Positions 8,475 through 18,465 of a DNA stretch of 64,000 nt are shown here, piece by piece. Below the pieces are notes generated by a model that saw only the letters and a list, made by a program, of their open reading frames with translations, was not told the DNA's origin and did no database searches. Numbering within the stretch: position 1 is the first letter of the stretch; each line of letters begins with the position of its first letter. The position numbers and the translations under genes were made by a program. The stretch covers positions 1 to 64,000 of the forward strand of contig JAYSWN010000020.1 in the NCBI GenBank assembly GCA_043718025.1, in the 5' to 3' direction. This stretch comes from Pseudomonadota bacterium (GTDB lineage: Bacteria; Bdellovibrionota; FAC87; UBA2466).

Positions 8475-9068
8475 ATGTCATCTTCACTCGAAATGAGCTC
8501 ACATTCAGAACTTATCCAGAACGCTTTTACCGCCCACCTTGCTTTGGCCAAGACTTTGGCCGAGAGCCATTCCACGCAGATTGCGGAAATCGCGGAACGA
8601 ATCATCGGCTGCCTGCAAAACGGCGGAAAAACTTTGTGGTGCGGTAACGGGGGCAGCGCAGCGGATGCCCAGCATTTGGCGGCGGAGCTAATTGGCCGCT
8701 TTAAGGCCGAGCGCGGACCATTGCCCGCCATTGCCCTCACCACCGATACCTCGATCTTGACTTGCATCGGCAATGATTACGGATTTGATCAAATCTTTTC
8801 CCGCCAGGTTGGCGGACTAATGAGCAACAAGGACATTTTGGTTGTATTTTCCACCTCAGGAAATAGCCCCAACGTTTTGCGCGCGGTAGCCGAAGCAAAG
8901 CGAATAGGTGGTTACGTGGTTGGATTTCTAGGAAACGAAGGCGGTAAGCTTAAGGCCGAGTGCGATCTCCCATTCGTGGTGCCCTCGAATGACACTGCCC
9001 GAATCCAAGAGATGCACATCTTCGCGGGCCACGTGATCTGCGCACTCATCGACAAGCATTACGCATAG
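8475..9068 (+). CDS. gmhA: D-sedoheptulose-7-phosphate isomerase
   Basis: CGNGGSAADAQHLAAE, GNDYG, STSGNSPN, ARIQEMH. Confidence 0.95.
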   Translation: MSSSLEMSSHSELIQNAFTAHLALAKTLAESHSTQIAEIAERIIGCLQNGGKTLWCGNGGSAADAQHLAAELIGRFKAERGPLPAIALTTDTSILTCIGNDYGFDQIFSRQVGGLMSNKDILVVFSTSGNSPNVLRAVAEAKRIGGYVVGFLGNEGGKLKAECDLPFVVPSNDTARIQEMHIFAGHVICALIDKHYA

Positions 9069-9070
9069 TC

Positions 9071-9126
9071 CCGGACGACCCTGCGACAAATTACCAGCTC
9101 GGCCACTCGCGGAGGAGGCGAAGAGG
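9071..9126 (+). repeat. Bipartite intergenic repeat, copy C
   Basis: CCGGACGACCCT-N26-GCGGAGGAGGCGAAGAGG, starting 2 nt after the gmhA stop. Confidence 0.8.
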
Positions 9127-9170
9127 GGATCTAGTTGAGAAGCGCCAAGGGCCAAGTCCTAACAATCACT

Positions 9171-10274
9171 TTACGACAGCGCTTTCTTCACCGCGTCCAC
9201 CACGCGAAGCTGCGTCTGCACATCCATTTCGGGCCAAATCGGTAATGAGATTACTTCGGTCGACGCATGCTCCGTTTCGGGCAGCGTGACTTTCATCCCC
9301 GCGTAAACCGGCAAGCGATGCAGAGGCACCGGATAATAGATCATTGTCGAAATTCCCTGGGCTTCAAGCTCGGCCTGCAGCTTATCCCGTTTTCCGCCCT
9401 TCACGCCGATCGTGTATTGGTGAAAGACGTGTTTGGCGGGTGCCACTTCAGTCGGTACCACCACCGGACTGAAGCCTTTGAACGCCTCCGTATACCGGCG
9501 GGCCACCTGGCGACGGCCTTCGTTCGATTTTTCAAGATACCGTAACTTGACCCGCAAACAGGCTGCCTGCACTTCATCTAAGCGCGAGTTGTAGCCAATC
9601 ACTTCGTTAAAATATTTTTTCTTCGAACCATGGGCGCGCAACATGCGGCAACTCTCGGCAAGTTTATCGTCGTTGGTCACGACCAGGCCACCGTCACCGA
9701 AACCACCCAAATTTTTGGAGGGATAGAAAGAGTAGGTTCCCACGTCGCCCATGGTTCCCACCTTTTTTCCGTGGTACTCGCCGCCCATCGCCTGCGCCGC
9801 ATCTTCCATCACCCTCAAACCTTTGCGTTCTGCCAACGCCAGAATCGGATCCATGTCGGCGGCGTGGCCAAAAAGATGCACCGGAATCAAAGCTTTGGTT
9901 CTATCGGTGACCTTGGCTTCGATTAGCGCCGGGTCGATGTTAAATGTGACGCGATCAATGTCCAAGAATACCGGGGTTGCCCCGACCGCACTCACCGCCT
10001 CAGCGGTGGCAAAAAAGGTAAAGGACGGACAAATCACCTCGTCGCCCGTGCCGATGCCCAGCGCCCGTAACCCAATGATCAGAGCATCGGTGCCGGAGTT
10101 CAAACCAATTGCGTGTTTCACGCCTAGGTAATCCGCTATTTCGACTTCGAACGCCTTTACTTCAGGCCCCATAATGAAGTGGGTGGTTTTCAAGACGCGC
10201 TGAAAGGCCTCCGTAAACTCGCTCAGGTGAGCTTCAATTTCGGGATTTAGATCAAGAATAGGGATGGGATTCAT
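9171..10274 (-). CDS. DegT/DnrJ/EryC1/StrS-family sugar aminotransferase
   Basis: NSGTDAL, VHLFG, EDAAQA, SFYPSKNLG (PLP Lys), GYNSRLD. Confidence 0.93.
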   Translation of the reverse strand: MNPIPILDLNPEIEAHLSEFTEAFQRVLKTTHFIMGPEVKAFEVEIADYLGVKHAIGLNSGTDALIIGLRALGIGTGDEVICPSFTFFATAEAVSAVGATPVFLDIDRVTFNIDPALIEAKVTDRTKALIPVHLFGHAADMDPILALAERKGLRVMEDAAQAMGGEYHGKKVGTMGDVGTYSFYPSKNLGGFGDGGLVVTNDDKLAESCRMLRAHGSKKKYFNEVIGYNSRLDEVQAACLRVKLRYLEKSNEGRRQVARRYTEAFKGFSPVVVPTEVAPAKHVFHQYTIGVKGGKRDKLQAELEAQGISTMIYYPVPLHRLPVYAGMKVTLPETEHASTEVISLPIWPEMDVQTQLRVVDAVKKALS

Positions 10275-10654
10275 TGAAGCTCTCCCGAACGGTCACCAGC
10301 GATGTGCATATCAGCTTATTTGACCGCTAGCCGGGGGATGGCAATAAAATTATTCACTCGAAAACCAGCACGTTCGCGGGCCGCATTGCCCCTTTTTCGG
10401 TCGCCCCTGCCTTCAGCGTAGGTGTTTGAACTAATTGACTAAATCTGGTGCGGCGCGGCGCCGTCAACAACCTCGTGAGCTTAAGGCTAAGGCGTCTGGC
10501 CCGCCGCCCTAGTCTTTAGAACCAATTTGTTGTGGAACAAAATTCTTTCAGGTAAGCAAGGATTTGCCATGAAAGGTGTACAAAAAGTTGCTTTTGGCAA
10601 TACTATCAGCACGAAGAAGGCCTTTTTAGTTTCCTGGTTTGGCCGATCAACCCA

Positions 10655-11914
10655 ATGGTTAATGCCCGAATGAATGCGTTCTCAAAAACAGAAAAATGCC
10701 GCGTCTGTAGCAACCAAAACCTGGTTCCGATTGTCGATCTTGGGCATCAGTTCCTTACAGGAATTTTTCCAAAAACTAAGGACGACCAGATTACCCGCGG
10801 ACCTCTTCGTTTGGTTAAATGCCACGGCGATGGTGACGTATGTGGCTTACTCCAGTTGGAGCACAGCTATGATTTACGCGAAATGTACGGCGAGAACTAT
10901 GGATACCGCTCGGGGTTAAATCCGAGCATGGTGCGCCACCTCGAAAGCAAAGTGGCTCACATCACCGAAATAGCTGCGCTACAAGCGGGCGATTTGGTAG
11001 TCGATATAGGCAGCAATGACGGCACTACGCTGAACGCCTTCAAGCCGGACCTAAAATTGATCGGCGTCGATCCTACCGGAAATAAATTCCGCCGCTACTA
11101 TCGCCCTCACGTTGAGCTTATTGTGGATTTCTTTTCGGCCGACGTTTTAGCGGCGGCCTCTCCCGATCGAAAGGCGAAGGTCGTCACCTCCTTTTCCATG
11201 TTTTACGATCTTGAGAATCCTATCGCCTTTGCTAAAGGGATTGCCGACACGCTTGCTCCCGATGGCATTTGGGTTTTTGAACAAAGCTACATGCCGTTAA
11301 TGCTTGAACGAGGGGCCTACGACACAATCTGCCATGAGCATCTTGAGTACTACGGCCTAAGCCAAATCGTATGGATTGCGGAAAGAGCCGGTTTGAAGAT
11401 CGTTGACGTCGAATTTAACGACATCAACGGAGGAAGTTTCTCCGTCGTGGCGGCACTAAAGGACTCGAAATGGACCGATGAAAAAGGAGTTGTGGCCAGA
11501 GTGCTGAAGGAAGAGTCCGCTAAGAACCTTTCTCAATTGAAGCCGTATCAGGTTTTTGCCGATCATATAAATGAGAGTCGGAATTCTTTGTTGGCGTTTC
11601 TGGCGATGGCTCGCAAGGAAGGCCGGCGCGTTTGCGGATTGGGTGCCTCAACCAAGGGAAACGTGATCCTTCAGTTTTGCGGCCTGACTACCGCGGATAT
11701 CGACGGCATTGGCGACGTAAATCCGGACAAATTCGGCGCCGTCACGCCGGGTACCTGGATTCCCATTGAATCAGAGGCCAAAGTGCTGGCCTCGGCCCCC
11801 TCCTACTTACTAGTTTTCCCATGGCATTTTCGAGAATACTTGGTACGCAATCCCGTCTTGGCGGGCCAAAATTTGGTGTTCCCCCTACCGGCGCTCGAAA
11901 TAGTGAGAGTTTGA
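10655..11914 (+). CDS. NDP-hexose C-methyltransferase (Zn-binding N-terminus, class I MT, C-MT C-terminal domain)
   Basis: CRVC...KC...CGLLQL, YGYRSG, DIGSNDG, YDTICHEH, GASTKGN. Confidence 0.88.
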   Translation: MVNARMNAFSKTEKCRVCSNQNLVPIVDLGHQFLTGIFPKTKDDQITRGPLRLVKCHGDGDVCGLLQLEHSYDLREMYGENYGYRSGLNPSMVRHLESKVAHITEIAALQAGDLVVDIGSNDGTTLNAFKPDLKLIGVDPTGNKFRRYYRPHVELIVDFFSADVLAAASPDRKAKVVTSFSMFYDLENPIAFAKGIADTLAPDGIWVFEQSYMPLMLERGAYDTICHEHLEYYGLSQIVWIAERAGLKIVDVEFNDINGGSFSVVAALKDSKWTDEKGVVARVLKEESAKNLSQLKPYQVFADHINESRNSLLAFLAMARKEGRRVCGLGASTKGNVILQFCGLTTADIDGIGDVNPDKFGAVTPGTWIPIESEAKVLASAPSYLLVFPWHFREYLVRNPVLAGQNLVFPLPALEIVRV

Positions 11915-11920
11915 TCGCCA

Positions 11921-12391
11921 ATGTTCATCAAAGATTCGTTATACGCTGAGATCGTTCAGTCCATGCCGATACCCTGCGTAGATCTCGTCGTAATGGATCG
12001 CTCCGGCCGAATCTTGCTACTTAAACGAAAGAATGAACCCGCGGCCAACCAGTGGTGGTTTCCAGGCGGGCGAGTCTTGTTCGGCGAAATGCGCCTAGAA
12101 GCCGCAAAGCGTAAACTGGTCGAAGAGTGCGGGCTTTCCGCGGAATCGGAACCGGAAGAGCTCGCAACCCTGGATTGCCTCTTGAGTATCGAAGGCAAGA
12201 AACCGTCGCATGGAATCACCACGCTCTACAAAGTTCTCGTGGGCACCTCATCGGTGGCAGCGGTAGATCAGCAGAGTTACGAAGGACGCTGGGGCTATCC
12301 CTCGGAGTGGCAAGCGCACGACCTGCATCCGATGGTTTTGGCCGGGATCGCAAGGGCCGCGAGTCGCGCAGGCGAGTCGAACGATGAATAA
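11921..12391 (+). CDS. NUDIX hydrolase, GDP-mannose mannosyl hydrolase-like
   Basis: PCVDLVV, RKNEPA, WWFPGGRV..GE....AAKRKLVEECGL. Confidence 0.8.
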   Translation: MFIKDSLYAEIVQSMPIPCVDLVVMDRSGRILLLKRKNEPAANQWWFPGGRVLFGEMRLEAAKRKLVEECGLSAESEPEELATLDCLLSIEGKKPSHGITTLYKVLVGTSSVAAVDQQSYEGRWGYPSEWQAHDLHPMVLAGIARAASRAGESNDE

Positions 12392-13031
12392 AGGTTCCTT
12401 TATTCGAACGGAACGGGTCAATCAGCTGCTGAAAGAAATAAAGCTAGAGCCGCTTTCTTCGCACCACCTACCGGATATCGCCAAACTGCATTTCAAACTT
12501 TTGCCTTGGTCGTTTAATGGAAAATTCGGCCTGGAGCACATCCTCTCCCTTTATACGGCGCTGAAGCAGAGCCCCCATTTTTTTGGCTACGTCTATTACA
12601 GTGGCGGCCAGATGGTGGGTTTCGTTACCGCGACCACCAATTTTGAGGAAACACGGAGTCGCCTGACCGCGGTTTACCGCAAGAGACTTTTCAAAGTCCT
12701 TAGCCTGTTTCTTAGCCACCCCACCTTTTTTTGGGCGGCATTTGAATCCAAGTTTCTAGTCCCGCGTTTGTTTCGCCGCCACGCCACGAATGGAGAATGG
12801 CTCACGTTTCTGGCGGATACCACGACCGGCACCGTCGGACCGCTGGTGGCCATGCGTCTCATTGACGAGGTGAAGGCCCACTTTTCGGCATCCGGCCACA
12901 AGGGCTACATGGCGCAAGGCGTGAAGCACAACCCGCCGGCAATGAAGATGTATGAGAAGCTAGGGTGGCGTATCGTTTCCAAATTACCGCTGCACAACAT
13001 TTACTACTACTCGACCGAAGGGGGGATTTAG
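12384..13031 (+). CDS. Putative GNAT-fold acyltransferase
   Basis: IAKLH, MVGFV, V..HNPPAMKMYEKLGW motif-B-like C-terminus. Confidence 0.65.
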   Translation: MNKGSFIRTERVNQLLKEIKLEPLSSHHLPDIAKLHFKLLPWSFNGKFGLEHILSLYTALKQSPHFFGYVYYSGGQMVGFVTATTNFEETRSRLTAVYRKRLFKVLSLFLSHPTFFWAAFESKFLVPRLFRRHATNGEWLTFLADTTTGTVGPLVAMRLIDEVKAHFSASGHKGYMAQGVKHNPPAMKMYEKLGWRIVSKLPLHNIYYYSTEGGI

Positions 13032-13033
13032 CC

Positions 13034-13447
13034 ATGGAGAATCGCCTCGCGTTATTTGAGTTAGGCAAAAGCTTTGAGGTCACCGAGACGATTTCGCCCG
13101 CGCTGATGAAGGCGTTTTGCGAGCTCTCGGGCGACGATAATCCAATTCACCTAGACTCGGCATTTGCGGTTGTGCATGGCTTCCGAGATCGCATTGCCTA
13201 CGGCAATCTGCTGGGCGCGATGTTGTCACGGCTGGTGGGCACCGCCCTGCCTTGCCGCGAAGTCTTGATCGTGAAGCAGTCCTTGGAGTTTCGCCAGCCG
13301 GCCTACGTAGGCGACGAGATTCGTTTGATCGCGGAAGTCGCGGCGATTCACGAGGCGGTCAGCTCGGTGAATTTGAAATTGCAATTTCATTCCAAAGACT
13401 CCGACCGGCTCCTATGTAGCGGCCAGTGTCTGGTGAAAATTTTATGA
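13034..13447 (+). CDS. MaoC-family (hot-dog) dehydratase
   Basis: FCELSGDDNPIHLD, IAYG, FRQPAYVGD; ATG 13034. Confidence 0.88.
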   Translation: MENRLALFELGKSFEVTETISPALMKAFCELSGDDNPIHLDSAFAVVHGFRDRIAYGNLLGAMLSRLVGTALPCREVLIVKQSLEFRQPAYVGDEIRLIAEVAAIHEAVSSVNLKLQFHSKDSDRLLCSGQCLVKIL

Positions 13448-15330
13448 GCGACCAAGCCAAAGTCGATGCATTCGACCAGCTGCTGCGCCCGGGAAGGCTA
13501 TTGGCCCTTGATTCCCGCGAGTTTTTTCTTAAGGCTATGCACTTCGCCCGCGTGGAGCCCGCGCTTCGGGAGCGTCGGAGTGGGCAGGGTGTCCAGGCCT
13601 TCAAAGTCAGCATTCTGTCGACTCTCTCGGCACAGCACTTCGCCGCGGCACTCCGCCTTTCCCTTTATTCGGATGGCCTGTTACCAGAAATTTATTTATC
13701 GGGGTTCGACGGCATCAGTAGTGAAGGCGCCGATCTCAGTTCCCCATTCTGGTCGAGCGCCCCCGATGCGGTGCTGATACTGCCGGCGAGTGAGGACATC
13801 AAGGGCTGGCCCCGAATGTTTGCTCCTACCGAAGAAATCGGCGACTGGGTCAAGAGTTGCGCCGCCCGTTACCTCGGGGTTTGGGAGCAGGCGGGGAAAC
13901 GGCTGCCCGGAATTCGAATTTATCAGGCCCTATTGACGCCGCCATTGGAACGACCGCTGGGAAACCTGGAAAGCCGTTACCCCTTTTCGCGGCAAAAAAC
14001 TTTGGCGGCGCTGAATCAGTACCTCCGCGAAAAAGCGCCGCCGCACGTGACGTTGGTAGATTTTGAAGGCCTAAGTGGACTGGTCGGTCGCCGGCAGTGG
14101 GTCGATGAAACGGCCTACTTTAGCAGCAAGCAACCGTTCTCCCTTCGCGAAATGCCCTTCGTGGCCGCGCAGTTTTCACGGCTCATGGCGGCGGCGCGCG
14201 GCCTGGTGCGCAAGTGCCTGGTGGTGGATCTCGACAACACGCTTTGGGGCGGGGTCGTCGGCGACGATGGTGTCGAAGGCATTCGGCTGGATCCCAACGA
14301 TCCGGTGGGCGAAGCCTTCCTGGCCTTTCAGCGTTACCTTTTGGCGTTGAAAGAGCGAGGGGTTGTTTTGGCCGTATGCAGTAAGAACGATCCCGAGATT
14401 GCCCGCAGCGCCTTCGAACTGAATAAAGACATGTTGCTGAAACTCGATGATTTTGCCGTCTTCGTCGCAAACTGGGAGGACAAAGCAAAAAATCTTCGCA
14501 CCATTGCGCGCCAGCTAAACCTAGGAATGGATTCTCTGGTTTTTTTTGATGATAGCCCGGCCGAAAGATCACTGGTCCAACAATTTGAGCCGCAGGTGCT
14601 GGTGATCGTCGTCCCGGAGGATCCGGCTCTCTTTGTGCGAGCCCTTGATTTGTCCCTGGCCTTCGAGTGGCACGAGCTCACTCCTGAGGATCTGGGACGG
14701 GCCGATACCTACGCGAAAAACCGCGCGCGGCACGAGCTGGAAAGCAAAGCCGACGATTACGAGGGATACCTGCGTTCGTTGGAGATGAAGGCTGCGGTCG
14801 AACCCACGGGGCCAACGGAGCTTCGACGCGTAACCCAACTCGCGAATAAAACCAATCAGTTTAATCTTCGCACCAAGCGCTACAGCGAAGAGGAGTTGGA
14901 TCGTCTCTTAGACTCGAACGATTACGATCTCTTGCACGTCCGATTGCATGACCGTTTCAGTAACTACGGAATAATAGCGTCGGTCATCATTCGGTATTAT
15001 CAAAAGATTGCCTTCATTGAGAACTGGGTGATGAGTTGCCGGATTTTTAATCGAGGCGTCGAAGATGCGACTTTCAACGCCATTGTCACGTCCGCCAAGG
15101 CGCACGGTGCTGAATGGTTGGCTACCGAGTACATCTCGACCGCTAAGAACAACTACGTTGCCGGCCTGCCGGAAAGGTTGGGCTTGCATAAATGGGAAGC
15201 CGGTAATGATCTTCCCGTACCGCCGGCAATTCTGTCCGAATGGAACCTTAACGGCGCGCCATTTTTTATCAATTTGTCAGATACGCTTTCGAGGCCCCAT
15301 TTCATTGAAAACATGGGTTCGTCCCATTGA
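13444..15330 (+). CDS. fkbH: FkbH-family HAD-IIIC glyceryl-ACP forming protein
   Basis: VDLDNTLWGG, CSKND, FFDDSPAER, KTNQFNLRT, DRFSNYG, MSCR; ATGA overlap with MaoC. Confidence 0.92.
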   Translation: MSDQAKVDAFDQLLRPGRLLALDSREFFLKAMHFARVEPALRERRSGQGVQAFKVSILSTLSAQHFAAALRLSLYSDGLLPEIYLSGFDGISSEGADLSSPFWSSAPDAVLILPASEDIKGWPRMFAPTEEIGDWVKSCAARYLGVWEQAGKRLPGIRIYQALLTPPLERPLGNLESRYPFSRQKTLAALNQYLREKAPPHVTLVDFEGLSGLVGRRQWVDETAYFSSKQPFSLREMPFVAAQFSRLMAAARGLVRKCLVVDLDNTLWGGVVGDDGVEGIRLDPNDPVGEAFLAFQRYLLALKERGVVLAVCSKNDPEIARSAFELNKDMLLKLDDFAVFVANWEDKAKNLRTIARQLNLGMDSLVFFDDSPAERSLVQQFEPQVLVIVVPEDPALFVRALDLSLAFEWHELTPEDLGRADTYAKNRARHELESKADDYEGYLRSLEMKAAVEPTGPTELRRVTQLANKTNQFNLRTKRYSEEELDRLLDSNDYDLLHVRLHDRFSNYGIIASVIIRYYQKIAFIENWVMSCRIFNRGVEDATFNAIVTSAKAHGAEWLATEYISTAKNNYVAGLPERLGLHKWEAGNDLPVPPAILSEWNLNGAPFFINLSDTLSRPHFIENMGSSH

Positions 15331-15342
15331 GAGAGTCACAAC

Positions 15343-16263
15343 ATGTCAGAAAATAGTTTACTGAATTACCCCAACCTATCCGCAATTCACCGGACCTTTC
15401 TGGATGAGGCTCCCTATATGGCGGGCGTAATCGAAAAGCAGCGAATTGAATTTGGAGCCCCCTGGACCGAAGATTTTGAGCAAGACGTAGCCACTTTTTT
15501 TCAAGGGGATCTTGAAAAACTACAGCTGGCTACGAAGGGCTACATCAAGTTTGCGCTGGATGGAATGCTACTGCAAAAACGCTTCGATAAAACCGGAAAA
15601 TACGAAGTGAAATCGTACCATCAGGCGGCTGAAGAAGTGTACCAAAACGAGCAATACATGCATTCGCTCTACCTTCCGGGGATTTACCTATCCCATTTTC
15701 TTTGGCGCCATCATTTCATTCAGCATCAATTTTTCTTGGATGAATTTATTCCCCGAGTTAAGGCGCACGGAGGCAAGACCTATTATGACGTAGGAGTTGG
15801 CACCGGCTTTTATCTTCGTGAGATGTTGCGTCGAATTCCTGGGCTTCAGGGGAGCGGCTTTGACTTAAGTCCTAGCTCCTTATCGTATACCAATCGCATG
15901 GTGACGGCCTTTGGGCTCGCCGATCGTTGTACACTGAAACTGCAAGACATCGTGGTGGATCCGCCTACCCCGCCAGCAAGTTTCTTGACGAATATCGAGG
16001 TGTTGGAGCACCTGGAGGATCCCCTTGCCTTTCTTAAGGGGCTATGCAAACTCCTTGAGGTTGGAGGCTTGGGAATGATCACCGCGGCGGTCACCGCTCC
16101 CAATGCGGACCACATCTTTCTCTACAACTCAGTTGATGAACTGATTGCACAGGTAAGAGAAGCAGGTTTCATCGTCATTAATTCCCGAGAAGACAAAGCC
16201 TATGAACCCAGACGTGCCAGCGAAAGCGTTCCCAAAAACGCCGTGGTTATCGTTACAAAATAG
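15343..16263 (+). CDS. Class I SAM-dependent methyltransferase
   Basis: YDVGVGTG, GFDLS, EVLEHLEDP. Confidence 0.85.
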   Translation: MSENSLLNYPNLSAIHRTFLDEAPYMAGVIEKQRIEFGAPWTEDFEQDVATFFQGDLEKLQLATKGYIKFALDGMLLQKRFDKTGKYEVKSYHQAAEEVYQNEQYMHSLYLPGIYLSHFLWRHHFIQHQFFLDEFIPRVKAHGGKTYYDVGVGTGFYLREMLRRIPGLQGSGFDLSPSSLSYTNRMVTAFGLADRCTLKLQDIVVDPPTPPASFLTNIEVLEHLEDPLAFLKGLCKLLEVGGLGMITAAVTAPNADHIFLYNSVDELIAQVREAGFIVINSREDKAYEPRRASESVPKNAVVIVTK

Positions 16264-16275
16264 AAGGTTGTTTTA

Positions 16276-16533
16276 ATGTTAATCGACGTGCATGGCAAAA
16301 TGACTCAGGTCTTTAGACGGGTTTTCGACAATGAGAAGCTCACGCTCAGGGACGAAACCACGGCTCAGAATATTCCCGACTGGGATTCGCTAACGCATAT
16401 CAATCTGATCATTGAGATCGAAGATGAATTTGCGCTCAAATTCACCGTTGAAGACATTACTGGATTGAAGAACGTCGGTGAAATGGTGCAAATGGTCGAT
16501 AGAAAACTTGCCCGAAAGAATCAAAATGCCTGA
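16276..16533 (+). CDS. Acyl carrier protein
   Basis: 85 aa, acidic, DWDSLTH phosphopantetheine site, IEDEF. Confidence 0.9.
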   Translation: MLIDVHGKMTQVFRRVFDNEKLTLRDETTAQNIPDWDSLTHINLIIEIEDEFALKFTVEDITGLKNVGEMVQMVDRKLARKNQNA

Positions 16534-17635
16534 AACCCTACCCTATATTCCATGGGCTCGTCCGGTGCTGTGGGGAGGAGAGGAAACGCGAGTTGCGGAG
16601 GCCTTACGGTCAACCTGGATTTCGGCGGGTCCATTTGTTGACGAGCTAGAGAAAAGATTTTCCGTACTATCCGGCGGTGAGCAGGCACTCGCCGTTTCAA
16701 ACGGCACTACCGCAATCCATCTTGCTTACCTTGCGCTGGGCATTCGGACCGGTGATGAGATTGTGGTCCCGGGGTTTGGTTTCCTCGCCGCCGCTAACGT
16801 GGCGCTTCACTTTTCAGCTCGTCCCGTATTTTGCGAAGTGGATCCCCACACCTGGTGCATGCGAGCCGAAGATATTGCCCCGGTGCTTACTCCCAAAACC
16901 AAGGCGATTGTTGTCGTGCACACTTACGGAAACGTGTGTGACATGGATCCTATTTTGAGTTTGGCCAAAGAACGGGGAATTCCCGTTATTGAAGATGCTG
17001 CGGAAGCCTTCCCTTCTCGTTACCGAGGCAAGCTCGCCGGTACTATGGGAGATATGGGAACCTACAGTTTCCAGGCCACGAAAACGGTGACCACTGGCGA
17101 GGGTGGCCTAGTCCTCACCCGCGATGAAAAGTTGTACGAAAAAATGGTTTTGTACCGTAGCCACGGGCTGCGGCGCAAAAAACATTACTGGCACGAAGTG
17201 CCCGGACATAATTTCCGCCTAACCAACTTGCAAGCCGCCCTCGGCTGCGCCCAATTGGAAGCCCTAGACAAGATTGTGGCCGAGCGCGAGCGTGTTTATA
17301 AAACTTACCGAGATCGACTGATTCGGCTCTCCGGCGTTACGCTGCAAGAGTTCCGGCCCAACGTCGACGCCGTGGTTTGGGCCATCGCCGTGCGACTCGA
17401 CCCCCAGGTCTTTCGCATGGAGCGGGATGTTGTCCTGTCCCGTATGTTGGAAGTGGGCATTGAATGCCGCCCCGGTTTTTATTCTCCAAGCCAGTTGGAT
17501 TACTTCGACTGCCCGCCCTTTGCGAGCTGTGATGATCTGGCGGCTACCATTTTGAGTTTACCCAGCTTCCCTACCTTGGCCGAAGCTGAAATCGATCGCA
17601 TTTGCCTGCAGTTAGGAAAACTAAGTCAGCTATGA
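16526..17635 (+). CDS. Perosamine-synthase-like DegT aminotransferase
   Basis: STWIS, SNGTTAIHLA, VHTYG, EDAAEA, KTVTTGEGG, NFRLTNLQAALG. Confidence 0.88.
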   Translation: MPETLPYIPWARPVLWGGEETRVAEALRSTWISAGPFVDELEKRFSVLSGGEQALAVSNGTTAIHLAYLALGIRTGDEIVVPGFGFLAAANVALHFSARPVFCEVDPHTWCMRAEDIAPVLTPKTKAIVVVHTYGNVCDMDPILSLAKERGIPVIEDAAEAFPSRYRGKLAGTMGDMGTYSFQATKTVTTGEGGLVLTRDEKLYEKMVLYRSHGLRRKKHYWHEVPGHNFRLTNLQAALGCAQLEALDKIVAERERVYKTYRDRLIRLSGVTLQEFRPNVDAVVWAIAVRLDPQVFRMERDVVLSRMLEVGIECRPGFYSPSQLDYFDCPPFASCDDLAATILSLPSFPTLAEAEIDRICLQLGKLSQL

Positions 17636-18465
17636 GCCATCCCTCCATTCCAGTGCGTGAACTAATTCAGACCAATACCAAGGTCTCGTCAAATTACGTC
17701 GCCAAGGCGCCGCTCGCGCTTGCCTTCGAGAGGCTGATGGAATGCCGAATCCTTTCCGAACAGCGCTTCGAACGCCCAATGCTCGACATCGGCTGCGGAG
17801 AAGGACTCTTTGCAAAAATACTGTTTGCCGATCAAATCGACACCGGCATTGATCCAAACCCGCGCGAGCTTTCGCGGGCCCGGGAATTAGGGGCCTATTC
17901 TGAACTGATTGAATGCTACGGCGATGCCATTCCCAAACCTGATAAGAGCTACCGGACCATTCTATCGAACAGCGTCGTGGAACACATTCCTGAGCTCCAG
18001 CCCGTGCTTACTGAAGCCATGCGGTTGTTGGAGCCCGGCGGGCGTCTCTACCTTACGGTGCCCTCTGACCTGTTCGACAAACACACCTGGGTCAGCCAGT
18101 GCCTGCAACTTTTCGGGCTTAAGGGAATGCAGCAACGTTTCACCGTTTTTTTTAACCGTTTTTGGGTGCATTACCATTTTTATACGCCGAAGCGTTGGCA
18201 AGAAATTGTGGCGGCGGCCGGTTTCGAGGTTGTCGAAGTTCGCCAATACGGGCCCAAGCGGGCTTGCCTGATGAATGATTTTCTTGTGCCGTTCAGCGTG
18301 CCCGAGTTCGTTACTAAGAAGTTTCTCAATCGATGGACGCTATTCCCCTCTCTGCGCAAAGTAGTATTGGCGCCGGTCACCTTTTTCGGCTCGCTCGTTC
18401 TGCGCGGGGCCGACAACTGCGAAAACGGCGGTCTGCTCTTTCTCTCCCTACGAAAGGCGGGCTAA
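17632..18465 (+). CDS. Class I SAM-dependent methyltransferase
   Basis: LDIGCGEG, SNSVVEHIP, LEPGG. Confidence 0.85.
   Translation: MSHPSIPVRELIQTNTKVSSNYVAKAPLALAFERLMECRILSEQRFERPMLDIGCGEGLFAKILFADQIDTGIDPNPRELSRARELGAYSELIECYGDAIPKPDKSYRTILSNSVVEHIPELQPVLTEAMRLLEPGGRLYLTVPSDLFDKHTWVSQCLQLFGLKGMQQRFTVFFNRFWVHYHFYTPKRWQEIVAAAGFEVVEVRQYGPKRACLMNDFLVPFSVPEFVTKKFLNRWTLFPSLRKVVLAPVTFFGSLVLRGADNCENGGLLFLSLRKAG

Noticed and set aside
146..9126. Conserved-variable-conserved repeat as a CRISPR array or HDV/hammerhead ribozyme
   Set aside because: The copies are not tandem, no cas genes are present, and I could not fit the ribozyme core motifs.
10376..10504. Possible third long palindrome in the DegT/C-methyltransferase divergent region
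   Set aside because: The complementary blocks do not share one axis (sums differ by more than 15), unlike 3295-4025.
13034..16533. Polyketide/NRPS cluster suggested by FkbH and ACP
   Set aside because: No ketosynthase, adenylation or condensation domains; the context is sugar tailoring.
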